The notes under the pieces were generated by a model that saw nothing but the letters and a program-made list of their open reading frames with translations, had not been told where the DNA came from and searched no databases. Positions 30,615-42,490 of a stretch of 64,000 bases of DNA are shown here, piece after piece; positions within the stretch are counted from its first letter, which is position 1, and the number at the start of each line of letters is the position of its first letter. This DNA is from an uncultured delta proteobacterium (lineage in GTDB: Bacteria > Desulfobacterota > Binatia > UBA9968). The DNA is taken from positions 32,001 through 96,000 of the forward strand of contig CAVUZH010000018.1 of the NCBI GenBank assembly GCA_963745835.1, in the 5' to 3' direction. The position numbers and the translations under genes were made by a program.

Positions 30615-32420
30615 ATGCGCGAACAAACCTCAGCAGTGGTTATGCTCTCCGGGCGTAAGTTTTTCTTCTCTTGCGCCATCCTTGCGGCCGTTATTTTATT
30701 TATCGGAAGGTTTGTTCCTCTGTCGATATCGCTGCTGGCTCTAGAGGTCTTCGCGACAATTCTGGGGTTATTCTTCTTCGGCTCTTTTCGCTATCAAATT
30801 CATAAGAATGCGGTTACTTACGGAATGGTTTTGATCATCATTGCGACTTTCTGCGGATTAAGCAGCTCGCAGTGGCATGTCGATATCGCGCAGAGAGGCT
30901 GGGAACGATGGGCACAGGATTACCTGTTTTCGTTCCGTGGCCTCGATGAGTTGATCCATGCCGATACCATGTTGTTTATTCTCGGCTTAACGTTTTTTGT
31001 CGCGGTGATTGCGCAAACGCGTCTGCTCGAAGGACTGACTTTCTTTTTGCTACGCCGGTATCGTGGGGCGGTACTCCCGACCGTCTTATCGGTCACTGCA
31101 GTGGTCGCCTTCGCCTCGGGTATCCTGGACGGCGTCTCGATGATCGGTTTAACGATTCGAACTCTCGTCATCATTATGTTGCTTGCGGCAGCCCCTACGG
31201 CCGCGATTCGTTACGCCGTTATGGTGTGCACCGCGGTAACGACCGTTTGTGGAATCTGGTTGGCCTATGGCGAACCACCCAATTTGATCATGAAGGCCAA
31301 CTTAGACCCTTATATCGACAACGCCTTCTTTCTGCGTTACTGCGCGCCTATTGCCGTTGCCAGCTACCTGGTCATCGCCTGGCAACTGCGCAAAAGACTG
31401 CGCGGCGAGCACGTCAATTTAGAAACTATGGACGTGATCGACGCGAACGCCGAGGACGTCCGCTTCCTGCAAGCGATGCGACATGGAGAGGTTCTGACGC
31501 CAATTGAATTCGTCGAAAACCATGCGCGCGATTTGGGCGACAAGACCGATCAAGTGGTGGAGCGCTTGCGTGAGGGCGAATCCGTGGGTGTCGCTCTGGT
31601 TCGTGAAGAGATTCCCCAAGCGACGCGCAAGCAGCTGCTGGGTCGTTTTGTCAGCGAAGACCTGGCTGAATCACTCGATCGCCACTATGTACTTCAGGCG
31701 GCGGGAGACCACGCCGGTGCGCTTGCCGCGGAGCGTCAGGTGGACGATACTCTCGCGGCGTCGGCGCGACGGCGCAAGGTTGCGCAAAGGTTCGGCGCTT
31801 TGGCCTTGATACCCTTTATCGGGATGCTGGTTTGGCACGGACTGGATCACCGGGTGCCGTTGTTTTTGGCTTCGTTTGCCGGCTTTATCGTCGCTTTGCT
31901 GGGAATTGCCAATATCCCGAAGATGCGCGCCTTGTCCTTGCGTGAAGCCAGCCACGAATATGCAGAATACTATTTTCTCTTCCCGCTTTTTCTCGCCATA
32001 ACGTTGCTGACAAAAGCAGGCTTTTTCGATCAGGTCCAGAATTTAATCCGTCACGGCAGTGAGAGTCTTGGTCCGTCACATGTGGCATTTGGGCAGTTTG
32101 TCGGAAGCTCTTTACTCTCGGCCATCCTCGACAATAACGTGGTCGCCGATTTCGCTTCGCGCGCACTCCATGGATTGCCCATCGATGTCATGCACCTGTT
32201 TGCGATGGCACAGATAGCCGGCTATGCACTGGGGGGCTGCTGGACTCATATCGGCTCAGCGCAATCGGTGGTTGCTTATGCCTTCATCCGCCGCGACATC
32301 GACGAGGACTATACGCCGGTGCAGTGGATTAAAGAGATGACTCCGATTATTGTCCAACTGCTGTTAGTGATTACGGTACTCATCTATGCCGAGGGAGCTT
32401 TGTTCTCCTGGCTGAGTTAA
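30615..32420 (+). CDS. Ion transporter (IT) superfamily permease, NhaB/NhaD/SLC13-like
   Basis: SGILDGVS, GEPPNL, LSAILDNN, THIGSAQSV; central hydrophilic insert. Confidence 0.75.
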   Translation: MREQTSAVVMLSGRKFFFSCAILAAVILFIGRFVPLSISLLALEVFATILGLFFFGSFRYQIHKNAVTYGMVLIIIATFCGLSSSQWHVDIAQRGWERWAQDYLFSFRGLDELIHADTMLFILGLTFFVAVIAQTRLLEGLTFFLLRRYRGAVLPTVLSVTAVVAFASGILDGVSMIGLTIRTLVIIMLLAAAPTAAIRYAVMVCTAVTTVCGIWLAYGEPPNLIMKANLDPYIDNAFFLRYCAPIAVASYLVIAWQLRKRLRGEHVNLETMDVIDANAEDVRFLQAMRHGEVLTPIEFVENHARDLGDKTDQVVERLREGESVGVALVREEIPQATRKQLLGRFVSEDLAESLDRHYVLQAAGDHAGALAAERQVDDTLAASARRRKVAQRFGALALIPFIGMLVWHGLDHRVPLFLASFAGFIVALLGIANIPKMRALSLREASHEYAEYYFLFPLFLAITLLTKAGFFDQVQNLIRHGSESLGPSHVAFGQFVGSSLLSAILDNNVVADFASRALHGLPIDVMHLFAMAQIAGYALGGCWTHIGSAQSVVAYAFIRRDIDEDYTPVQWIKEMTPIIVQLLLVITVLIYAEGALFSWLS

Positions 32421-32586
32421 GACTCGCCGCCTCGGAGATGTTCTGGCGATCATCATGGAAGATGGATTTATTTCCATTTATTGAGGCGGCCTTGGATTCC
32501 GACTATGACTGTCAGTCATGTTGACGGTAGACCTTGAGCTGCGTTTTGCTTCCGAAATTAGGAACTCCCCCTATCAATGAGGTCTT

Positions 32587-33661
32587 ATGAAAATTGATGC
32601 GCAACACGTTACACTTGTCGATCATCGTAAACTTACGCGCTTTGTGGCTGCTGCTTTTGAAAAACTAGGCGTGCCGCCACAGGACGCCGCAATCGCCGCG
32701 AATGTTCTCGTCCTGGCTGATCTGCGGGGCGTGGATACCCATGGTGTCATCCGCTTTAATCCAGGAAGCTGGTATGTGAAATGGTTGCGCGATGGCGAAA
32801 TGAGTCCGGCGCCTAAGATTCATATCGTATCCGATGCTGGATCATCCGCTTTGCTAGACGGTGACCGCGGAATCGGCATGGTGATCGGCCATCGCGCAAT
32901 GGAATTAGCAATTGAAAAAGCCAAGGTTTGCGGGGTCGGCATGGTAGGAGTTTGCAACAGCCGACACTTCGGCATGTCCGCATACTACGCGATGCAAGCC
33001 TTACCGCATGACATGATCGGTATCGCAATGACGAATGCAGGGCGCCAAGTGGTGCCGACGTTTGGCAGCGAAGCAAGATTCGGAACTAACCCGATTTGTT
33101 TTGCCGCGCCTGCACGGAAAGAGCTTCCTTTTGTCATCGACATGGCGACGACGACCGCCGCTGCGGGAAAACTGGAGGTCGCGGCGCGCCGCGGCGCGTC
33201 GATTCCCCTGGGGATGGGCGCTAGACGAGAAAGCTCAGCCTACGACCGACCCGAGGATTGCGCAGAAGGCTCGGTTGCTGTTGCCCTTGGGCGGCACTCG
33301 AGAAGGCGGCAGTCACAAAGGGTACGGCTTGGCGATCTTAGTCGAGATTCTTTGCGGCGTTTTGACCGGCACGGTGACTGCGCTGAATCAAAATCAGGAC
33401 CCGCGAGGTCACTTCTTCGCGGCTATCAAGATCGACGCATTTCGCCCCGTCAGCGAATTCAAAAACGACATGGACCGACTAATCAACGAGTTGAAGTCGA
33501 CTCGACACATAGAAGGCCAAGAGCGAGTCTACGTCGCCGGCGAAATAGAATTCGAAACGGCAAAGCGCAGAGCCGAGAAAGGTATTCCTTTGCTCGGCTC
33601 TGTAATCAAAGGTTTGCGCGATGTTGGCCAACAACTCGACATTGCCTATGACCTTGAGTAG
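32587..33661 (+). CDS. Ldh_2 family (type-2 malate/L-lactate dehydrogenase-like) oxidoreductase, split by a +1 frameshift
   Basis: DLRGVDTHG, NSRHFG, GTNPI, DMATT in the first frame; WALD, LLPLGG, GSHKGYGL in the next. Joins at CCCCTGGGG (33205-33213). Confidence 0.88.
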
Positions 33662-33686
33662 CGCTCTTGTCTGATCGTTCTCAGCA

Positions 33687-34286
33687 TCAGTAAGAACCGC
33701 GGCTGATGATTACTTGTTGAATCACAATCTCCTTCATAGGTTTATCCCGAAAATCGCGTCCGACGTTGGCGACTGCGTCGAGCACGTTCTGTCCTTTTAC
33801 TACTTCGCCGAAGACACTGTGCTTGCCGTCCAGCCACGGTGTCGCTTTGTGGGTGATGAAGAACTGGCTGCCGTTGGTATTGGGGCCGGCATTGGCCATC
33901 GAAAGAATTCCGCTTTTGTTATGCTTAAGCTCCGGGTGGAACTCGTCCTCGAAACGATAACCAGGGCCGCCGGTGCCGTTACCGAGCGGATCACCCCCTT
34001 GGATCATGAATCCCGGGATCACGCGGTGAAAGATCGTTCCGTTATAGAGCGGCCGCTTTACTTTCTCGCCGGTTTTGGGATCTGTCCACTCCTTGGTACC
34101 GCTCGCGAGACCGATAAAATTAGCCACCGTTTTGGGCGCCTTGTCCTCGAAGAGCTCGACCACGATGTCGCCCATGCTGGTCTTGAAGGTTGCGTAAACC
34201 GGGGCTTTTTTGTCCGTCGACTGCCCTGCTATGGCGATTGAGGTCCAGGTGATTAGCACCACAATCATCCGAAAAATTTTCGACAT
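33687..34286 (-). CDS. Cyclophilin-type peptidyl-prolyl cis-trans isomerase with signal peptide
   Basis: [41 protein letters not shown]; GGAGTGAGG before ATG at 34286. Confidence 0.95.
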   Translation of the reverse strand: MSKIFRMIVVLITWTSIAIAGQSTDKKAPVYATFKTSMGDIVVELFEDKAPKTVANFIGLASGTKEWTDPKTGEKVKRPLYNGTIFHRVIPGFMIQGGDPLGNGTGGPGYRFEDEFHPELKHNKSGILSMANAGPNTNGSQFFITHKATPWLDGKHSVFGEVVKGQNVLDAVANVGRDFRDKPMKEIVIQQVIISRGSY

Positions 34287-34634
34287 TCTTGCCTCACTCC
34301 TTGTGATTCTTGCATGTTCGCCAACTTTCAACATATAGCCTCATTAGCCTCATCGCTGCGGCGGATTGTCATCCTGCATTCGCACCCTTAATGATTAAAC
34401 TTCGCGGCTCGCGCGAGTATTGCGGAATCAAATGCATTCTTTTCTGTGGGACGTGCTGCGTAACTGAAAGTGCTTTCAAACTAAGCAATTCATGCAGCAC
34501 CGTCAAGGAATTTGCGCAGGCATCGTGACTTGCAGATCTCTGCTTTCCAAATCAGTGGCGGCTAAGATGAAGATGCTTGCTGTTCGGAGCGATTACGGAG
34601 AGCGCAGAATAACCTCACTTTTAAGTTCAGTGTT

Positions 34635-34663
34635 TTGACAATGATATTTCGGGATGGTATAGC
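34635..34663 (+). promoter_or_regulatory. Putative sigma70 promoter of the bactofilin-atp operon
   Basis: TTGACA (34635-34640), 17 bp spacer, TATAGC (34658-34663) with TG extension. Confidence 0.65.
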
Positions 34664-34692
34664 AAATTTGCTCGGAATAGGGGACTCACTAT

Positions 34693-35259
34693 ATGGCGTG
34701 GTTCGATCGAAACTCTGGTGGAAAGAAAATTCCAGAGGCAGAGGCGGAGAAAGCTTCCATGCCAGCTCAGTCAACTCCGGAACCTGAACCGCCGCCCGTC
34801 TCGGTCGCGCCTAAGGCCAAAGTCGAACGTGTCCCTACACCTTCCGAACCACGACTTGTCGGTCACCTTCATAAAGGAAGTCGGATCACGGGTCAGCTTG
34901 CTTTCGAAGGGTCGGTTCGCATCGATGGAAGCGTTGAAGGAGAGATCCGCTGTCTCGAGACATTGACGATCGGCGAAGGTGCTGAAGTGCGGGCGAGAAT
35001 ATCAAGCCGAGTCGTCATCATCCGTGGGAAAGTAGAAGGCAATGTAACAGCCAAAGATAGAGTCGAGTTGCTGACGCCAGGTCGGCTGTTTGGCAATGTC
35101 TCGACCCCCCGTCTGATCATCACCGAGGGTGTGGTGTTCGACGGCGACTGCTCTATGGGAGCGGCAAAAGAAGGTGGAGTCGCGGGTTCGAAAAGCTTAA
35201 ACGCTGAAAAGGTTGCGGTGGCTCAAGCATCGAAACTACAGCCGGATTCCAGTAAGTAA
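34693..35259 (+). CDS. Bactofilin (polymer-forming cytoskeletal protein)
   Basis: Pro-rich N-terminus, then beta-helix GSRITGQLAFEGSVRIDGSVEGEI...GVVFDGDCSM. Confidence 0.92.
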   Translation: MAWFDRNSGGKKIPEAEAEKASMPAQSTPEPEPPPVSVAPKAKVERVPTPSEPRLVGHLHKGSRITGQLAFEGSVRIDGSVEGEIRCLETLTIGEGAEVRARISSRVVIIRGKVEGNVTAKDRVELLTPGRLFGNVSTPRLIITEGVVFDGDCSMGAAKEGGVAGSKSLNAEKVAVAQASKLQPDSSK

Positions 35260-35403
35260 CCTCAGTATTCGCCGTTTTCCCATCCGGTTTCTTACGTTCA
35301 GACATAGACGGATCGTCGCAAACTCTGGCTGGGTCCATTTAAGCCTGGGCTAGGATCAACCGGACCGTGGCTCCGGACATAGACGTATGGTTTACGGATT
35401 GTC

Positions 35404-35832
35404 ATGATCACAATAGACATTTCTGTAGTTTGGCAGATTGTGTTGTTTCTCGGCCTTTGGCTAATCGTCAGCAAGGTCGTGTTTCGTCCCTATATGGCGC
35501 TACTGGACGAGCGAGAACAGAAAACCACCGGCGCAGATGATAGTGCTTACCATCTGGAACATGAAGCAGAGCGGCTGCGTGCGCAATACGAGGAAGCCAT
35601 CGCTAATGCGGCAGCCACGGGAAACGCGACCAAGGAAGCGATTGTTCAACAAGCCCGGCAGCAAAGGGAGGAGCTCTTGGGTTCCGCGCGAGAGGAAGCC
35701 GCTGGTATTCTGGAGCGAGTACGTCAAGAGGTTCAAAGCCAGTTATCCCAAGAGCGCGAATTAACCATTCGAGAGGCTGATGCGGTTGCCCATGATATGG
35801 TCAGTAAGATCCTCGGCAGGAGAGTGGGATGA
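35404..35832 (+). CDS. F0 ATP synthase subunit b'
   Basis: N-terminal TM helix (QIVLFLGLW...FRP), coiled coil, C-terminal KILGR. Confidence 0.9.
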   Translation: MITIDISVVWQIVLFLGLWLIVSKVVFRPYMALLDEREQKTTGADDSAYHLEHEAERLRAQYEEAIANAAATGNATKEAIVQQARQQREELLGSAREEAAGILERVRQEVQSQLSQERELTIREADAVAHDMVSKILGRRVG

Positions 35833-36374
35833 ACCCGGGCGACTGGTTTTTCGTGGCTGAAGCCTGGGCGGCCGGTGGCGCTGAGCATCACGCGCCCGAG
35901 ATATCCGGCATTATTTTTCCACTTCTGAATTTTCTGATTTATGCCGGGATCATTTATTACTTCGCAGTTCCACTGATCCGTAACTTTTTAAAAGCGAGGC
36001 ATGATGAGGTTTTGGCCACAGTCACCGGAGCCGCGGCACGGAAGCGGAGCGCCGAGGCTTTGGTTGCGGATTATAGAAGCCGTCTAGCTAAGCTCAACCA
36101 GGAGATTGAATCCATCCAAGCCTCGCTGAAAGCCGAAGGCGAACGAGACAAAGCGCGCCTGCTCAGAGAGGCTGAAGCTCTTGGTGCCAAGATCAAGAGC
36201 GATGCTCACCTGCTTGCGGAGCAAGAGGTCAAGGCTGCCAAGCACCAGGTATTTCTCGAGTTAGCCGAAAGAGCCAAAGCCAACGCCACAGATCTGATTC
36301 GGCGCCATTTGTCGCAGGCCGACCAAGGCAGATTGGTCGAAGAGTTTATCAACGACCTCGGGCAGGTTAGATGA
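35829..36374 (+). CDS. atpF: F0 ATP synthase subunit b
   Basis: LLNFLIYAGIIYYF TM helix, coiled coil, DQGRLVEEFI. Confidence 0.9.
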   Translation: MNPGDWFFVAEAWAAGGAEHHAPEISGIIFPLLNFLIYAGIIYYFAVPLIRNFLKARHDEVLATVTGAAARKRSAEALVADYRSRLAKLNQEIESIQASLKAEGERDKARLLREAEALGAKIKSDAHLLAEQEVKAAKHQVFLELAERAKANATDLIRRHLSQADQGRLVEEFINDLGQVR

Positions 36375-36913
36375 TCGAAGATAGTTTAAGTCGCAGATAC
36401 TCCAAGGCGCTCTTTGAACTGGCTCGAGAATCCGGGCAGGAAGAGAGCATTGGCGACCAATTGAAGATGTTTTTGTCCGCATCCACTGAGTCGCGTCTCG
36501 GTGCTGTTTTGAGTAATCCGGGCTTCGCTTTGGACAGTCGAAAGAAAATCCTGCTGCAAGTTGCGAAAACTCTGCAGCTCTCTTCTGTAACGGAACATTT
36601 TTTGTCGCTCCTGCTCGATCGAGATCGCTTGGGTTTTGTTCCTGCGGTCATCGCCAGCTACCGGCATCTTGTGAATCAGGCCAAGGGACGTATCGACGCC
36701 AAAGTCACTGCTGCAGAACCTTTGGGATCGATGGTTATGCAGCGCCTGCGTGACTCATTGCGCCGGCTGTCCGGAAAAGACGTGATCCTCCAAGAGGAAG
36801 CCGATCCCGAGCTCATCGGCGGTCTAGTAGTAGAGTTTCAGGGTAAAATTTACGACGGAAGTGTGCGGACGCAGCTCGAAAAGATGAAGCAACGTATCGC
36901 GCGCGGTTTTTGA
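36371..36913 (+). CDS. atpH: F1 ATP synthase subunit delta
   Basis: RRYSKALFELA, DPELIGG, YDGSVRTQL. Confidence 0.95.
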   Translation: MIEDSLSRRYSKALFELARESGQEESIGDQLKMFLSASTESRLGAVLSNPGFALDSRKKILLQVAKTLQLSSVTEHFLSLLLDRDRLGFVPAVIASYRHLVNQAKGRIDAKVTAAEPLGSMVMQRLRDSLRRLSGKDVILQEEADPELIGGLVVEFQGKIYDGSVRTQLEKMKQRIARGF

Positions 36914-36923
36914 AGGAGTCTAG

Positions 36924-38431
36924 ATGGAGATCGGAACAGCGGAGATCAGTCGGATTATCAAAGAGCAGATTCGTGACTACGAAAAAACGGTGGAGGTCCA
37001 AGAGATCGGCACTGTGCTTTCGACCGGAGATGGGATTGCGCGGATTTACGGCCTGGACCGGGTCGCCGCCGGTGAGTTGCTTGAGTTTCCTCATAACATA
37101 TACGGTTTGACGCTCAATCTTGAGGAAGACAACGTCGGCGCCGCGTTATTCGGCGAGACTCACATGATCCGCGAGGGCGACACGGTCAAACGCACCGGAC
37201 GTATCGCGGAGGTACCGGTAGGAAAACCGCTGATCGGACGCGTCGTCAACGCCTTGGGCGAAGCAATCGATGGTCGTGGCCCGATAGAGACCACTGAGCG
37301 TCGGCGGATCGAGATAAAAGCCCCCGGGATCGTTGCACGCCAGCCGGTGAAAGAGCCGCTGCAAACCGGATTGAAGGCCATCGATGCGATGATCCCGATC
37401 GGAAGGGGTCAACGCGAGCTGATCATCGGCGATCGGCAAACCGGCAAGACCGCAGTTGCCGTGGATACAATCATCAATCAAAAAGGCGGCAATGTCATCT
37501 GTATTTACGTTGCCATAGGGCAGAAGCGTTCCACGGTCGCGCAAGTGGTCGATAAGCTGCGCGAGAGCGGCGCTATGGACTACAGTATCGTGGTCGCCGC
37601 CACCGCTTCAGACTCGGCGCCGCTTCAATACATTGCTCCTTACAGCGGCTGTACCATAGGCGAATACATTCGCGATAATGGTGGCCACGCGCTAGTGATT
37701 TACGACGATCTGTCAAAACACGCCGTGGCCTATCGGCAGCTCTCGTTGTTACTTCGCCGTCCGCCCGGACGTGAAGCTTATCCCGGCGATGTTTTTTATC
37801 TTCACTCTCGATTGCTGGAACGCGCCGCAAAAATGAGCGATGACATGGGCGCCGGATCTCTTACGGCACTGCCGATTATTGAAACCCAGGCGGGCGACGT
37901 CTCGGCGTACATTCCGACCAATGTTATTTCCATCACCGACGGCCAGATCTTTTTGGAAAGCGATCTTTTTTATTCGGGCGTTCGACCAGCGATCAATGTC
38001 GGAATTTCGGTTTCCCGGGTCGGCGGTAACGCGCAAATAAAAGCCATGAAGCAAGTTGCCGGTACTCTGCGGCTCGAGCTCGCGCAATATCGTGAAATGG
38101 CGGCCTTCGCGCAATTCGGTTCGGATCTAGACCAAGCAACACAACGGCAGCTCAATCGCGGTAGCCGCCTGGTTGAACTGTTAAAGCAGGGACAATACGA
38201 GCCGCTGCCGGTCGAGAAGCAGATATTAATCATTTTTGCCGGCACCAATGGTTTTATTGACGATCTCCCGCTGACAGCAATGAAGAAATACGAGCAAGAG
38301 CTGTTCTCATTCGTCGAATCCAAGTATCCGGACGTTTTTGCCGATATTCTCAAGAAACGGGAGATGGACGCGGATTTGCGCGCCAAAACGATCAAGGTGC
38401 TGGAAGAGTTTAAGCTCGCTTTCAAACCATA

Positions 38432-38432
<1 letters not shown>
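36924..38432 (+). CDS. atpA: F1 ATP synthase subunit alpha
   Basis: [37 protein letters not shown]. Confidence 0.99.
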
Positions 38433-40727
<2,295 letters not shown>

Positions 40728-40806
40728 CCGTCCTGAGACCAGAGTAGAAGAACGGCTCGACTGTTCGTTGCTGTTAATTGTCCTTTGACTGGATTCTCCA
40801 CGGATC

Positions 40807-41224
40807 ATGGCAGACAAAATTAGACTTAAAGTGGTGACCCCTGGCCGACTCCTTTTCGATGAGGAGGTAGACGAGGTTACTGCGCCCGGAGTGAAGGGCG
40901 AATTCGGCGTGTTGCCGAATCATATTTCGTTCCTGACCCTTCTAGAACCCGGTGAGATGAGCTATAAACAAGGAGCAACAAGACGATTTCTCGCCCTTAG
41001 CGGCGGATATGCTGAGGTGTTGGATAATGTCATGACCGTCCTGGCGCCGGCGGCTGAATTCGGTCGTCGAGATCGATGTCATTCGAGCCCGCGCCGCCAA
41101 GGAGAAGGCCGAGAGGCGACTAAGCGAAACGCAATTTGAGGACAAGAGTTTCGCTACGGCCCAAGAAGCACTGCGGAAATCCCTCATCCGACTGCAGGTC
41201 GCCGGCAAAGAAGCGAGAAAATAG
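40807..41224 (+). CDS. atpC: F1 ATP synthase subunit epsilon, +1 frameshift near 41062-41066
   Basis: VVTPG, GEFGVLPNH, SGGYAEV; the C-terminal helices (EIDVIRARAAKEKAERRL...SLIRLQVAGKEARK*) continue in the next frame to TAG 41222-41224. Confidence 0.93.
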
Positions 41225-41248
41225 CAGGACAAGGAGGAGCAATATTTT

Positions 41249-42382
41249 ATGGCTAAAGCCGCTACCAAAGAACCCGTCATCACCATGTGGAGCAAGGAAT
41301 TCACCTATGATCGCTGGATGAAATCCCAGGGAATTCCCATCCATGGGGGCTACTATATAGAAGATTTGCGAAAAGTTGAGTTGGAATGGTGGGAGGAGCG
41401 GGGTTCCCGGGCAGCATTTATCCAGCTCAATGGTCAAGAAGGCGTTACCGCTTCGCGTGTGTCGGAGGTTCCTGCGGGTAAGTCGCTGCCGCCGGTTAAA
41501 TTCGCTTTAGATGAAATCGTTTACGTATTGTCCGGCCGCGGCTTAACCACTGTATGGGCCAGCGAAGGTAAAGCGAAAAAGAGTTTCGAGTGGCAAGAGC
41601 ATTCAATGTTCCTGGTGCCGCGCAATCATTGGCATGTGTTCAGTAATATGCAAGGCGACAAACCGGTCCGGCTTTTTCACTATAGCTATATGCCAATCGC
41701 TATGTCTGCGCTGCCTGAACCGGACATGTACTTCAACAATCCGTACGAGCCGAAGATTAGCGTTGGCGATGGCGATTTTTATTCCGAAGCAAAGTTGGTT
41801 CAGGCCAAAGATGCCGATGAAGGACTCGGCATGCGGGCATTTTGGTATGGAAACTTCTTCCCCGACATGCGCGCCTGGAACAAGCTCGATGCCAATGAAC
41901 GGCGCGGCGCCGGCGGCAAGAGTGTCTTCATGCAGTTTCCTAATTCGGAATTAACCGCGCACATGTCGGTCTTCGCGCCGCAAACATATAAGAAAGCACA
42001 CCGGCACGGCCCGGGGCGCGCAATCATTATTCCCGCTGGCGAGGGTTATTCGATTATGTGGGAAGAGGGCAAAGAAAAGATCGTGTGTCCGTGGCACGAA
42101 TGCAGCATGGTGACGCCGCCCGACAAATGGTTCCATCAGCATTTCAATGCCGGTGGCGATATGGCGCGGTATCTGGCGCTTCACCCACCAATGCAGTTTC
42201 ACGGTCATGCGGAGAAAATCGAGGATCGTGCCAAAGATCAAATTGAATATCCGAACGAAGATCCGTTCATCCGCCGCAAGTTTGAGGAAGAACTCGCCAA
42301 GCGGGGGATCAAGAGCATCATGCCGGATGAATGTTATAGCAATCCGGACTATGAGTGGTCCAAAGCCATGGGTAAACAGTAA
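41249..42382 (+). CDS. Uncharacterised bicupin (paralog 1)
   Basis: Two cupin repeats: GKSLPPVKFALDEIVYVLSG...PRNHWHVFSN and YKKAHRHGPG...PPDKWFHQHFN; strong AAGGAGGAG RBS. Confidence 0.85.
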   Translation: MAKAATKEPVITMWSKEFTYDRWMKSQGIPIHGGYYIEDLRKVELEWWEERGSRAAFIQLNGQEGVTASRVSEVPAGKSLPPVKFALDEIVYVLSGRGLTTVWASEGKAKKSFEWQEHSMFLVPRNHWHVFSNMQGDKPVRLFHYSYMPIAMSALPEPDMYFNNPYEPKISVGDGDFYSEAKLVQAKDADEGLGMRAFWYGNFFPDMRAWNKLDANERRGAGGKSVFMQFPNSELTAHMSVFAPQTYKKAHRHGPGRAIIIPAGEGYSIMWEEGKEKIVCPWHECSMVTPPDKWFHQHFNAGGDMARYLALHPPMQFHGHAEKIEDRAKDQIEYPNEDPFIRRKFEEELAKRGIKSIMPDECYSNPDYEWSKAMGKQ

Positions 42383-42404
42383 ACTTCAAAGGATTGTTTC
42401 CGAC

Positions 42405-42446
42405 AAAAATAAGAATCCCCGCCGTTGCGCGGGGATTCTTATTTTT
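42405..42446. terminator. Bidirectional Rho-independent terminator
   Basis: Perfect 18-bp inverted repeat AAAAATAAGAATCCCCGC / GCGGGGATTCTTATTTTT with 6-nt loop. Confidence 0.88.
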
Positions 42447-42490
42447 ACATGGTAAGGAAGAAGACCAATTATAAGTTATAAGGCGGAAGA

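Noticed and set aside
35301-35385. 10-bp direct repeat GACATAGACG upstream of atpF'
   Set aside because: Only two copies; compatible with chance.
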